Assembly: GCA_025459425.1 (NCBI GenBank)
Contig: JALOQF010000014.1
Location: forward strand, 1-32,000
DNA: 32,000 nt
From: Myxococcaceae bacterium
GTDB lineage: Bacteria > Myxococcota > Myxococcia > Myxococcales > Myxococcaceae
Direction of reading: 5' to 3'
Every line of letters begins with the position of its first letter. The stretch's first letter is position 1. Below the pieces are notes generated by a model. That model was given only the letters and a program-made list of their open reading frames with translations, was not told the origin of the DNA and did not search any database. The position numbers were made by a program, and so were the translations under genes. Below, piece by piece: positions 1 to 10,761 of the stretch.

Positions 1-1827
<1,827 letters not shown>

Positions 1828-1840
1828 GGGGAGTCGGCCT

Positions 1841-2896
1841 TCAGCGAATGGTGAGGGGCTCGAGGCCCGAGAGGCGCTGCGCTACCACCGGCGCGGGAAT
1901 CGCGTGCGGCGCGTGGGCTTTGACGGCGTTGGCGATGGCGGCGATGTGCGCGGGCGTCGAGCCGCAGCAGCCGCCGACGAGGTTGAGCCAGCCCTGCTTC
2001 GCGAAGTCGCCCAGCACGCGCGCCATGTCGTCGGGCGTCTCGTCGTAGCCGCCGAAGGCGTTGGGCAGGCCGGCGTTCGGGTAGCAGCTGACGTGGCACT
2101 CGGCGAGGCCGGCGAGCTCTTCGATGTACGGGCGCATGTCGTTGCCGCCGAGCGCGCAGTTGATGCCCACCGAGAAGGGCTTCGCGTGCCGAATCGACGC
2201 GTAGAACGCCGCGATGGTCTGGCCCGAGAGCGTGCGGCCCGAGCGGTCGGTGATGGTGACCGACACCATGACGGGCACGCGCCGGCCGAGCGCCTCGAAG
2301 ACGCCCTCGATGGCGAAGAGGGCCGCCTTGGCGTTGAGCGTGTCGAAGATGGTCTCGACGAGGAGCGCGTCGACGCCGCCCTCCATCAGCGCGTGCACCT
2401 GCTCGGTGTATGCGGTGACGACCTGCTCCCACGTGACGGCGCGGAAGTCGGGGCGGTTCACGTCGGGAGACAGCGACAGCGTGCGGTTGAGCGGGCCGAT
2501 GGCGCCGGCGACGAAGCACCGGCGCCCCGGCGTCTTCGCCTCGGCCTTCTCGACGGCCCGCTTCGCGCACGCCACGGCGGCGAGGTTCAGCTCGCGCACG
2601 AAGGGCTCGAGCTTGAAGTCGGCCTGGGCGACGGTGGTGGCGCCGAAGGTGTTCGTCTCGATGACGTCGGCGCCGGCCTCGAGGTACTGGGCGTGAATCG
2701 ACTCGATGATGTCGGGCCGGGTGAGGCACAGCACGTCTGAGTTGTTCTTCAGCTCGTGCGGGTGGTCCTTGAAGCGCTCGCCGCGGTAGTCGGCCTCGGT
2801 GGGCTTGTAGGTCTGCACCATCGAGCCCATGGCGCCGTCGAGAATGACGATGCGCTCCTGGAAGAGTCGTTCGAAGGCCTGGCTGCGGGTCGTCAT
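1841..2896 (-). CDS. metH: Homocysteine S-methyltransferase domain protein (N-terminal module of methionine synthase encoded as a separate gene)
   Basis: [42 protein letters not shown]...[14 protein letters not shown]-like and [17 protein letters not shown] zinc-site GGCCG motif; ends ...[11 protein letters not shown]. Start chosen at ATG 2894-2896 inside the longer ORF 1841..3007. Confidence 0.93.
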   Translation of the reverse strand: MTTRSQAFERLFQERIVILDGAMGSMVQTYKPTEADYRGERFKDHPHELKNNSDVLCLTRPDIIESIHAQYLEAGADVIETNTFGATTVAQADFKLEPFVRELNLAAVACAKRAVEKAEAKTPGRRCFVAGAIGPLNRTLSLSPDVNRPDFRAVTWEQVVTAYTEQVHALMEGGVDALLVETIFDTLNAKAALFAIEGVFEALGRRVPVMVSVTITDRSGRTLSGQTIAAFYASIRHAKPFSVGINCALGGNDMRPYIEELAGLAECHVSCYPNAGLPNAFGGYDETPDDMARVLGDFAKQGWLNLVGGCCGSTPAHIAAIANAVKAHAPHAIPAPVVAQRLSGLEPLTIR

Positions 2897-2918
2897 GGAA
2901 GGCTCCGGTGAAGTGACG

Positions 2919-3848
2919 TCAGGCGCGCGCCTCTTTGGCGGGCCGGCGGGCGGCGCGGGCGGGCCGCGACGCGGTGAGGAGGAACGCGCGGAACGGCGAG
3001 CCGCCATCGCGCGGCGTGGGCGTGAGCTGCAGGTCGACGAAGCCGGCCGCGCGCAGGGCGCTCTCGAGGCCGTGGGGCTCGAAGCCGAGGTGCTGGTGGC
3101 CCAGGCGCGACTTCACCCAGGCCTCCTGGTGCGGCATCAGCTCGAGCACGACGAGCTTGCCGCCAGGGACCAGCACCCGCGCGGCTTCGTGCAGCACCGC
3201 CGCCGGGTCGGCCACGTGGTGGAGGCTCTGCGAGATGACGACGAGGTGCTGGCGGCCCACCGAGCGCGGCAGGGCCTCGAGGTCGCCCTCGACGAAGGTG
3301 ACGTTGTCGCGCTTGTCACGCGCCAGCCGGCCGCGCGCCTGCTCGAGCGCCGCGCCGCTCTTGTCGACGGCGGTGACGTGCCGGGCCCAGCGCGCGAGCT
3401 CGGCCGTCAGCACGCCGGAGCCACACCCGAAGTCGGCCACGTCGAGCTTCGGGAGCAGCGACGACAGCGCCGACGCCCAGAGCAGCCAGGACTGCCCGGG
3501 CTCGAGCAGCTTCTCGTTGAGGGTGTGCCGGTCTTCACGACGGCGGAGCAGCTCGGTCAGGCGCGCCTGGTCGCCGTGGGGGTCGTCGCCCTCCCTCGCC
3601 AGCCGGATGAGCGGCCAGCGTGGGTCCGACGCGTCGACGGCGAGGGAGTAATACGTGTAGCCGCCCTGCCGCTCCTCGCGGATGAGCTCGAGCCCCTTGA
3701 GCTTCGCCAGGTGGTGCGACACCGACGACTGGGCCACGCCGATGAGCGAGACGACTTCCGACACGTTCAGCGTGGCCGAGGCCACCAGCCGCAAGATGCG
3801 CAGCCGCGTCGGGTCTCCCAGGGCGCTGAAGGTCTCGGACAGCTCCAT
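2919..3848 (-). CDS. ArsR-family HTH regulator fused to a class I SAM-dependent methyltransferase
   Basis: MELSETFSALGDPTRLRILRLVASATLNVSEVVSLIGVAQSSVSHHLAKLKGLELIREERQGGYTYYSL (ArsR winged HTH), then VADFGCGSGVLTAELARWARHVTAVDKS...VISQSLHHVADPAAVLHEAARVLVPGGKLVVLEL (methyltransferase). The ATG is at 3846-3848; the track ORF extends much further upstream only because of missing stops. Confidence 0.92.
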   Translation of the reverse strand: MELSETFSALGDPTRLRILRLVASATLNVSEVVSLIGVAQSSVSHHLAKLKGLELIREERQGGYTYYSLAVDASDPRWPLIRLAREGDDPHGDQARLTELLRRREDRHTLNEKLLEPGQSWLLWASALSSLLPKLDVADFGCGSGVLTAELARWARHVTAVDKSGAALEQARGRLARDKRDNVTFVEGDLEALPRSVGRQHLVVISQSLHHVADPAAVLHEAARVLVPGGKLVVLELMPHQEAWVKSRLGHQHLGFEPHGLESALRAAGFVDLQLTPTPRDGGSPFRAFLLTASRPARAARRPAKEARA

Positions 3849-3873
3849 ATCGACATATCGATGTACGTCGATA
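3848..3873. promoter_or_regulatory. Candidate operator dyad at the ArsR-MTase start codon
   Basis: TATCGACATA-TCGATG-TACGTCGATA: 10-bp arms with one mismatch and a 6-bp spacer. It also contains perfect sub-dyads ATCGA-N4-TCGAT (3849-3862) and ATCGA-N6-TCGAT (3857-3872). Confidence 0.55.
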
Positions 3874-3918
3874 CGGGTCGCCGCGCAAGCGTTGATCAGC
3901 CCGGGCGCCCGCTGGTTC

Positions 3919-5133
3919 TCAGACGACGGGCGCGAGGGCGGCTCCTGGCTCGTGGCGCACGAACGCGCGGCGGCTCCACAGGTGGAGCAGCACCACGACG
4001 CCCACCGCTGCCGCGGCACCGAACAGTGGAAGCGGTTGAAGCGCGGCGAGGACCAGGACGGCCGCTGCTCGAACCACCTGGGTCCGAAACGACGCGGTCC
4101 AATCACCGAACGCGGTGAGCGCTCCCGCGGGGCTGAGCTTGAAGAACAGGAGGGCCAGCGGCAACCCGACGCCCGGGAGCAGCCCCGCCGCCGCGAACAC
4201 GGGCACCAGCACGGCCACCCGACGGTCGACGGAGTGCACGAAGGCCGTGCGCTCGGCGGACGAATTCCACGGTGGGTTGCCGCACGACGCACAGACGCGA
4301 CGTGGGTCACGCCCGAGGCGCTCGGCACACGAGGGACAGCGATGCGCGAGCAGGAGTCCGAGTCGATGTCTGGCGTCGTCGTCTGGAGCTCCGCTGACAG
4401 GGCGGCCCCACGGCGCCAGTCGCGCGGGACTGCGCCCGTGGCGACAGGAAGGACAGGTCGAGGCGGCTCGGTGAACCGACGCCCCGCAGGCCTCGCACGC
4501 GGTGCGGCTGCCCTCGATGAACCGTCGCAGCAGCACCACCAGCACGAGCAAGCCCACGAGCGATGCCAGGGCCAGCCCCGCACCGACCAACGGAAACGTG
4601 AGGGCCAGGGCGAGCCCACACACCACCCACCAACACTCCGCGAGGAACAGCACCCGGCCGAGTCCGCCCGTGCCCGAGACCGGAAGGCCGTCGAACAACG
4701 ACCCCAGACGACCGCGCAGCCTGGCGAACGCCCAGGCCAGGACCGCGACGAGCACCAGCTTCCACGCGTCGCCCGACACACCCGCGAGGGCGAAACCGGT
4801 TCGTTCGAGCGCGCGCTGCCCCAGCATGCCGAGCGTACTCGCCGCGAAGAGGACCGAGAGGGTGATGGCGACCACCTCGTGGAGTCGTCGCTCCAGTTCG
4901 CGCGAGAGTTCGACCAGCTCGTACGCCAGGTCACGGACACGCTCCGCCAGCACCTGAAGCACCACCCCGAGCACCCCAGCCAGGAGCGACACCGCAAAGC
5001 CACCGACGTCCCAGGTCCCGCGGTCCCAGGCGAGCCGCAGGCCCATCAGCATCGCCAGCAACCCCGCCGCCAGAAGCGGGCGGCCCGCGAGAAATGGAAC
5101 GACCGCAAGGCTCAACGCGAGGGTCTGCGTCAT
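3919..5133 (-). CDS. Polytopic membrane protein with central zinc-ribbon-like Cys pairs
   Basis: 404 aa; multiple hydrophobic segments at both ends; CEACGASVHRAASTCPSCRHG and CPSCAERLGRDPRRVCASCGNPPW pairs in the middle. Confidence 0.8.
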   Translation of the reverse strand: MTQTLALSLAVVPFLAGRPLLAAGLLAMLMGLRLAWDRGTWDVGGFAVSLLAGVLGVVLQVLAERVRDLAYELVELSRELERRLHEVVAITLSVLFAASTLGMLGQRALERTGFALAGVSGDAWKLVLVAVLAWAFARLRGRLGSLFDGLPVSGTGGLGRVLFLAECWWVVCGLALALTFPLVGAGLALASLVGLLVLVVLLRRFIEGSRTACEACGASVHRAASTCPSCRHGRSPARLAPWGRPVSGAPDDDARHRLGLLLAHRCPSCAERLGRDPRRVCASCGNPPWNSSAERTAFVHSVDRRVAVLVPVFAAAGLLPGVGLPLALLFFKLSPAGALTAFGDWTASFRTQVVRAAAVLVLAALQPLPLFGAAAAVGVVVLLHLWSRRAFVRHEPGAALAPVV

Positions 5134-5336
5134 GGTTGGCTTCGGACGTGACGGCTGCCGGTGGATTCAGCCTGAAATCCGAGGGTTGGCCCGCGCCCCA
5201 GCCTCCTGGAACGCGGCCTTCAAGCGCGATGGGGGCGACCTGAAATCCGAGGTTCAGGGCTGGTGCAAACGGGGCCCGCCTTCCTCTGTGGCCTCGGCGA
5301 CCTGCCCCACGCTGCCGCTCGAGCTTCGATGCGCGC

Positions 5337-5885
5337 TCACTGCGCCTTCACACACTTCGCCGTGTCGGCCCCCGTGTGCGCGCACGCCTCGCCCTCGCGG
5401 CAGCACTGGTCCATGCACTGGCGATGGGCGCAGCGACACCGGCCGGCGGCGAGGTCGGAGCCAGCACAGTCGTCGCTCTGGGGAACCCCGGCATCGAGTG
5501 ACTCACGCGCGACGTTCTCGGCGGCCCGGTCGATGGCGCGGTTCACCTGCTTGCAGTCGAGCACCGACCATTCAGCGCGGTACCTCGAGAGCAGGGCGTC
5601 TCGCTCGACGGGGTCGACCTTCTCCTGCTCGAGCTTCTTCCGCAGGTGCACGAGCTCGGCCTCGAGCTGCTCTCCGCGCGAGCACGCCAGCGTGCGGGCA
5701 TCGAAGGCTTTGCACTCGACGATCCACTTCTGGCCCAGGCGCTCGGCCGCGTTGGGGAACTGGCGGAAGAACGGCGGCAGCTCGCCCTTCACCTCGCGCG
5801 CGAGCCACGCCTTCCAGACGCCAGGCCAGAGTTGGTCGCACGACAGCGGAGCGGCCGAGAGGACGAGCGAGAGCATCAGCGACAT
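5337..5885 (-). CDS. Secreted protein with Cys-rich C-terminus, function unknown
   Basis: MSLMLSLVLSAAP signal-like N-terminus; C-terminal DDCAGSDLAAGRCRCAHRQCMDQCCREGEACAHTGADTAKCVKAQ. ATG at 5883-5885; the track uses an upstream GTG at 5906. Confidence 0.7.
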   Translation of the reverse strand: MSLMLSLVLSAAPLSCDQLWPGVWKAWLAREVKGELPPFFRQFPNAAERLGQKWIVECKAFDARTLACSRGEQLEAELVHLRKKLEQEKVDPVERDALLSRYRAEWSVLDCKQVNRAIDRAAENVARESLDAGVPQSDDCAGSDLAAGRCRCAHRQCMDQCCREGEACAHTGADTAKCVKAQ

Positions 5886-5942
5886 GTGGGCAGTGTGCTC
5901 GGCCACGGGTCGCGCTGCACGAGTGAACCAGGTGAGCCCTGC

Positions 5943-6398
5943 TCAAAACGTCACGCCCGACAGCGTCACCACGCCGCCGTTGTTCCCTTCCAGCAGCCGG
6001 AACCCGATGCGCGTCGGCCGCACGCTGGTGACCGCGCCCTCTTCGGCCCCCGGCTCGTCGAGCTCGAGCGCCAGCAGCGCACACCCGACGCTCTGGAGCG
6101 ACAGGCTCATCGCGCTCAACGCCACCCGTGCCTGCCAACCAGCCTGGCGATGGTGCGTCTCCATCAGCATCACGCTCATGGGGCCCAGCAACGGCACCTC
6201 GCTGGCGACGAGGTCGAAGCGGCCGAAGAGCGGCGTGACGGCGCCGAGCTCGGACGAGCGGTCGAGCCACGGCCGGCCACCACCCGCCGCGAAGCCCGCC
6301 TCGCCCGCCACGAGGAACACGTCTCCGAGGCTGACCGTCTTCGCTGGGGCCGTGACGGGCATGGCGGCGAGGGCGGCGGTGAGCAGGAGCGAAACCAT
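5943..6398 (-). CDS. Small exported hypothetical protein
   Basis: MVSLLLTAALAAMPVTAPAKTVSLGDVFLVAG...; signal-like N-terminus, 151 aa, same strand and spacing as its neighbours. Confidence 0.6.
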   Translation of the reverse strand: MVSLLLTAALAAMPVTAPAKTVSLGDVFLVAGEAGFAAGGGRPWLDRSSELGAVTPLFGRFDLVASEVPLLGPMSVMLMETHHRQAGWQARVALSAMSLSLQSVGCALLALELDEPGAEEGAVTSVRPTRIGFRLLEGNNGGVVTLSGVTF

Positions 6399-6616
6399 GG
6401 CCGCGAGCAGAGCAAGCCGTCGGCCACCCGCAGTTCAAGGGGTTGAACGTTCGGACTGTGCAACGGGTTGCACACCCTGCCCGTTTCCCCGCTGCGCCTT
6501 GCACACGTCGGGAGCGACGCGCCGGCGTCGACACGGGCTCACGAGCTTCGACGAACCGACCTGCCAGGCGTCGGAGCGGTCCAGGCCGTCCATCGCCTCA
6601 GCCCGCGCCTCGAGGC

Positions 6617-6844
6617 TCAATGGGGCGTGAACACATACGAGCCGCTGACCGGCTCGGGGAGCAACACCGTGGCCGTGGTGAACCCGGCCGTGACGAAGAA
6701 CGACCCGTTCGCGAGCCGCGCTGCGGCCTCCTGGCCGCAGAGCCCCATTCGTTCGACGTTGGAAGGCACAGCCAAGGATTCGAGCACACACGCCGAGCCG
6801 AAGAGGAGCGAGCTGAGGAGCACCGAGCAGACGGTTCCGCGCAT
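6617..6844 (-). CDS. Small putative lipoprotein
   Basis: 75 aa, MRGTVCSVLLSSLLFGSACVLESL: basic N-terminus, hydrophobic stretch and a lipobox-like FGSAC. Confidence 0.45.
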   Translation of the reverse strand: MRGTVCSVLLSSLLFGSACVLESLAVPSNVERMGLCGQEAAARLANGSFFVTAGFTTATVLLPEPVSGSYVFTPH

Positions 6845-7098
6845 TCGCGCCGCCTACCACGGCGAGGCCGGCGTCAGACATGTGGGAAAGGCCAGCACGC
6901 GCCCGAGTGAAGAAGCCATCGGGTGAGTCACCGTCAAAGGGTGGTGTCCGCCGTGGACGTATTCCCCCGTGAGTGGAGGAATCCGGAGTCGAACCGGTTG
7001 CGTGGGCGTGTGGGGCCTCGTCGGCCGGGCGCGTGCTGGTGCGCCGCACGTCGCGCGTGAGACGAGATTCCTGACCGGGCACCCGCTACCGTGTCCTC

Positions 7099-10000
7099 AT
7101 GCGCAAGGTCGTCCTCGTCGCTGGAGCGCTCCTCACCGCCTGCCTGGACGTCACCGTGCCGCAGCCGCCACCTCCGGCGGGCCCCGGTTCGCTGCAGGGC
7201 ACCGTGGTGTATTCCGTGCCCGGCCGCACCGGCCTTCGGCCCGCGGGCGGCGCCACCGTCACCCTCGTCGGCACGTCGCGGCGAGCCACCGCCGACGCCG
7301 AGACCGGCCGCTTCGAGCTCGACGGGCTGACGCGCAGCACGGGCCAGGTCCTCTTCACCTTCGACGCCACCGGTGATGGCGTGATCGACCGCCAGAGGGT
7401 GCTCGAGCTCTCGTCCGTCGGCGCGGGCCGCGGGAAGACCATCGCGCTGGGCGACGTGGCGCTGGGTCGCAATGGCTCCGTCGTCGGCACCGTGCTGCGC
7501 GGTGACGTCGTCGGGCCGAGTGGGCATGCAGGCACCGCCGTCTTCGTCGCCGGCCTGCCCATCGCCACCGCCACCAGCGACCGCGGCGAGTTCGTGCTCG
7601 AGAACCTGCCCGAGGGCCGGGTGACGGTGTCGTTCTTCCGCGCGGGCTACCTCGCCGAGACGGCCGACCTCGAGGTGCGCTCCGGCCAGGAGTCACAGGC
7701 CGCCACCGTTCGGCTCCAGGTCGACCCGGCGGCCTCGTCGGCCGCGCCCGCGCGCCTCACCGGCACCCTGCGCTTCGAAGACGACTCGCCCGTCGCCAAC
7801 GCGCGCCTCCTGCTCGTCTCGGGGGCGCTGCGCCTCACCAGCACCACCGGGCCCACCGGCGCCTTCACCGTCGAGGCGAGCCAGGCCGCGCTCTTCCAGG
7901 TGGGCATCGAGGCCGAGGGCGCGCAGAGCCTCGTCCTCTCCAACGTGCTGCTGTTGCCCGGCACCACCGACCTCGGCGTCCTGGCCCTCACGCGCGGCAC
8001 CTCGACGCCCATCGACTTCGACGGCGGCTTCAACCCGGGCACGCCCGACGCGGGCCCCTCCGTCATCGCCGTCATCGACCCGCCGGTGCTCGACGTCGTG
8101 CCGGGCGGCACCGGCACCCTCTCGAGCGCGCGCTCGACCGGCACCCGGCCCCTCACCTCGCGCTGGCGCACCCGGCAGGACGGCGGCCTCGAGCTGCTGT
8201 TCGCCACCCCCATCACCACCGGCGCGCTCAGCACCTTCACCGCGCCCGACGCCTCGGGCCTGTTCTCCGTCGGCCTCGAGGTCATCGACGTGAGCGGCAC
8301 GGTGAGCGCCGAGGCGAGCGCGCTGGTGCGCGTGGGCCGCGCCCCGACGGTCTCGCTGACGCCATCGACCATGCAGGTGCAGTCGGGCGACCAGGTGACG
8401 CTCACTGCCACCCCGCAGTCCGAAGACGGCCGGCCCATCAGCGAGTTCCGCTGGAGCCAGGTGACGGGCCCCGCGGTGCCCGCCGTGGCGACTGAAACCG
8501 GCGCGACGCTCACCTTCACCGTGCCGCCCGTGCCGGGCCTCATCCCCATGACGTTCGAGGTTCGGGCGCGCACCGACCTCGGCTTCGAGAGCGCTCCAGC
8601 CGGCGTGACGCTCCAGGTGCAGCCGCGGGGCGCGCCGCGGCTCACCATCACCACGATGTCCACCCCCGTGACGTGGACGGGAGGCCCCCGCCCCATCGTG
8701 CGGCTCAGCGCGACGCTCTCGGGCGCGGCACCGCAAGACACCGTCAGCTTCGCGTGGTCGCCCGCGGTGCAGTTCGCCTGCCCGCTCTCCGACGGCGGCT
8801 CCGACGCCACCTGCCCCCTCGCCGTGGTGCTCTCGGACGTGACAGGCCCGACGACGGAGTTCTTCGCGCCCGCGGTGTCGGGCGACCAGTCGGTGCGCTT
8901 CACGGCGACGGCCCGGGGCTCCGATGGTGGTGTGCTGGCGACCGAGGCCGTCGACGTGACGGTGCTCGACCGCCGGCCGCCGAGCTGTCGCGCCAACCTG
9001 ACGCGGCTCGCGCTGCGCGTGCAGTGCGACGAGGCGCTCGCGAGCGGCCCGATGCTCGACGGAGGCCCCAACACGCCACCCCACAGCGTCGAGGTCGACG
9101 GTGGCCTCGCCCTGTTTCTCTTCGAGACGTTCCCCGCCGGCCCCCTGACGCTCTCGGTGTCGGGTATCGCCGACAAGGCCAACAACCCGCCCGCCGCCCC
9201 CATCACGATTCCATCGAACGTGGGCCTCGACGTGTCCTCGGTGTTCGCCGCCGGCGGCACCTCGGTGGCGAACCCGCGGCCCACGTGGGTGTCCGGCTCC
9301 GCGTCGCAGGGCGCACCGGCCCGCCGCTTCGTCATCGGCCGCGCCACCACGGCGACCAACCGCCAGGTGTGGCTGTGGGACCCCGAGAACACGTGCAGCC
9401 TGCTGCCCTGCCAGCAGTTCACCCTCAGCATTCCGCTCCCCGGCGCCGAGCCCGGCCCGTCCCTCGGCGCCGTGGTGGCGGGCTCACGCACGTACCTCAT
9501 CACCTCGCGCACCAACCCCAACGCGCTCGTCGAGTTCAGCAACGGCACGGCGCGCGAGTTCCTGCCCACGACGATGCCGCCGCTGGTGGGCCTGTCGGCC
9601 ATCGGCGACGACCTGTGGGTGCTGTCGACCGACGGCGGCCCGTTGACCCGTCAGCGCCTCATCGGCACTGCGTCTGACGGCGGCACCCTCGCGCCACCGG
9701 AGCTGGTGAACGACGAGTTCAACGGTGCCCTCGCCGACGTCTTCGCGAGCCCCGACGGGCAACAGGTGGCCGCGGGCCTCGTGGACGACTTCTCAGTCTT
9801 CCGCTTCCGGCAGTTCGACGGCGCCTCGCAGCAGTGGGGCGTCGCGGGAGAGCTCGCCCTGCCCAGCGCTGCGACCGTCGTGGGAACCCGCGGCGCCTTC
9901 CTCGGGCCTTCACCTGGCCGGCCGGTGTGGGTGACGGCCGAGTCGGGCGGCGCCCTGCGCGCGTCGTTCGAGCTGCCCGGCACCCCGCCCATGGCGACCT

Positions 10001-10293
10001 CGACGACGCTGAGCACGAGCCAGGCGAAGGGCGACCTCGACGTGGTGCGCTTCGGCAACGTGGGGCTGGTCGCCTGGGTCACGGTGGGCGGTGAGCTGCG
10101 CCTCACGCTGGTGTCGACGGACCCGACGGCGCCGCCCATCGACCTGGTGACGCCGGCCAGCAGCACGCGGTGGAACGACGCGACGCTGGCCGCCACGCCG
10201 CGGCTGTCGGTGGTGAATGGAGAGGTGCTGCTCACCTGGGCGGCAGGCTCTGGCGCCGGCCCGTGGACGATGCAGGCCCGGGTGATTCGCTGA
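7099..10293 (+). CDS. Large lipoprotein with carboxypeptidase-regulatory-like and PKD/Ig-like repeats
   Basis: MRKVVLVAGALLTACLDVTVPQ lipobox; repeated beta-rich modules such as GSLQGTVVYSVPGRTGLRPAGGATVTLVG..., ARLTGTLRFEDDSPVANARLLLVS...TGAFTVEA, and VMVQSGDQVTLTATPQ-like PKD segments (MQVQSGDQVTLTATPQSEDGRPISEFRWSQVTGP). Confidence 0.85.
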   Translation: MRKVVLVAGALLTACLDVTVPQPPPPAGPGSLQGTVVYSVPGRTGLRPAGGATVTLVGTSRRATADAETGRFELDGLTRSTGQVLFTFDATGDGVIDRQRVLELSSVGAGRGKTIALGDVALGRNGSVVGTVLRGDVVGPSGHAGTAVFVAGLPIATATSDRGEFVLENLPEGRVTVSFFRAGYLAETADLEVRSGQESQAATVRLQVDPAASSAAPARLTGTLRFEDDSPVANARLLLVSGALRLTSTTGPTGAFTVEASQAALFQVGIEAEGAQSLVLSNVLLLPGTTDLGVLALTRGTSTPIDFDGGFNPGTPDAGPSVIAVIDPPVLDVVPGGTGTLSSARSTGTRPLTSRWRTRQDGGLELLFATPITTGALSTFTAPDASGLFSVGLEVIDVSGTVSAEASALVRVGRAPTVSLTPSTMQVQSGDQVTLTATPQSEDGRPISEFRWSQVTGPAVPAVATETGATLTFTVPPVPGLIPMTFEVRARTDLGFESAPAGVTLQVQPRGAPRLTITTMSTPVTWTGGPRPIVRLSATLSGAAPQDTVSFAWSPAVQFACPLSDGGSDATCPLAVVLSDVTGPTTEFFAPAVSGDQSVRFTATARGSDGGVLATEAVDVTVLDRRPPSCRANLTRLALRVQCDEALASGPMLDGGPNTPPHSVEVDGGLALFLFETFPAGPLTLSVSGIADKANNPPAAPITIPSNVGLDVSSVFAAGGTSVANPRPTWVSGSASQGAPARRFVIGRATTATNRQVWLWDPENTCSLLPCQQFTLSIPLPGAEPGPSLGAVVAGSRTYLITSRTNPNALVEFSNGTAREFLPTTMPPLVGLSAIGDDLWVLSTDGGPLTRQRLIGTASDGGTLAPPELVNDEFNGALADVFASPDGQQVAAGLVDDFSVFRFRQFDGASQQWGVAGELALPSAATVVGTRGAFLGPSPGRPVWVTAESGGALRASFELPGTPPMATSTTLSTSQAKGDLDVVRFGNVGLVAWVTVGGELRLTLVSTDPTAPPIDLVTPASSTRWNDATLAATPRLSVVNGEVLLTWAAGSGAGPWTMQARVIR

Positions 10294-10295
10294 CG

Positions 10296-10697
10296 TCAGC
10301 GCATGCCGAACAGCACCAGCGCCACGATGGTGGTGAGGAAGTACGGCACCATCGCCGCCGCCGAGGCGTAGTCCTTCGCGAGCCGCTGCCCGAGGAAGAG
10401 GCCCACGATGCTCGACGCGCTCAAGAAGGCGCCTGCCATCGCCAGCGCCGTGGTGCCGAGCAGCACCGTCGCCAGCACGCCCGCCGCCGAGGTGATGCCC
10501 GCGAGCACCTCGAGCACCGTGATGACGAAGAACAAGAAGCCCGCCACCGGCCGCATCGGCGTCTTCTCGAGGTAGCCGGTGATGTAGGCCTTGTTGCCGC
10601 TCCAATCGAAGACCTTGTCGAGGCCCGACTGCAGGAAGAGGACGGCCAGGAACGCGCCCACGAAGCCCTGCGCCAGGAAGAGGCCGGTGTCTCGCAT
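10296..10697 (-). CDS. DoxX-like integral membrane protein
   Basis: MRDTGLFLAQGFVGAFLAVLFLQSGLDKVFDWSGNKAYITGYLEKTPM...: about 4 TM helices and a DoxX-type N-terminal region. ATG at 10695-10697. Confidence 0.7.
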   Translation of the reverse strand: MRDTGLFLAQGFVGAFLAVLFLQSGLDKVFDWSGNKAYITGYLEKTPMRPVAGFLFFVITVLEVLAGITSAAGVLATVLLGTTALAMAGAFLSASSIVGLFLGQRLAKDYASAAAMVPYFLTTIVALVLFGMR

Positions 10698-10761
10698 GGG
10701 CGGGGCACATAGCGCGTCTTGCTTGAAAAGCACGCGGGGCCCGGCAAGGAGCGAGGGGCCC

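Noticed and set aside
3849-5003. N-terminal extension of the 694-aa minus ORF containing ArsR-MTase
   Set aside because: Overlaps the zinc-ribbon membrane gene in another frame and shows non-protein-like Arg/Ser/Cys composition; the ArsR domain starts at ATG 3848.
6468-6926. 152-aa plus-strand ORF and a 155-aa alternative frame
   Set aside because: No signal peptide, motif or convincing start context; it overlaps the small minus-strand lipoprotein candidate.
7647-9602. 651-aa minus-strand ORF opposite the large lipoprotein
   Set aside because: Antisense shadow; low-complexity composition and no domain motif, while the plus strand has lipobox and beta-module structure.
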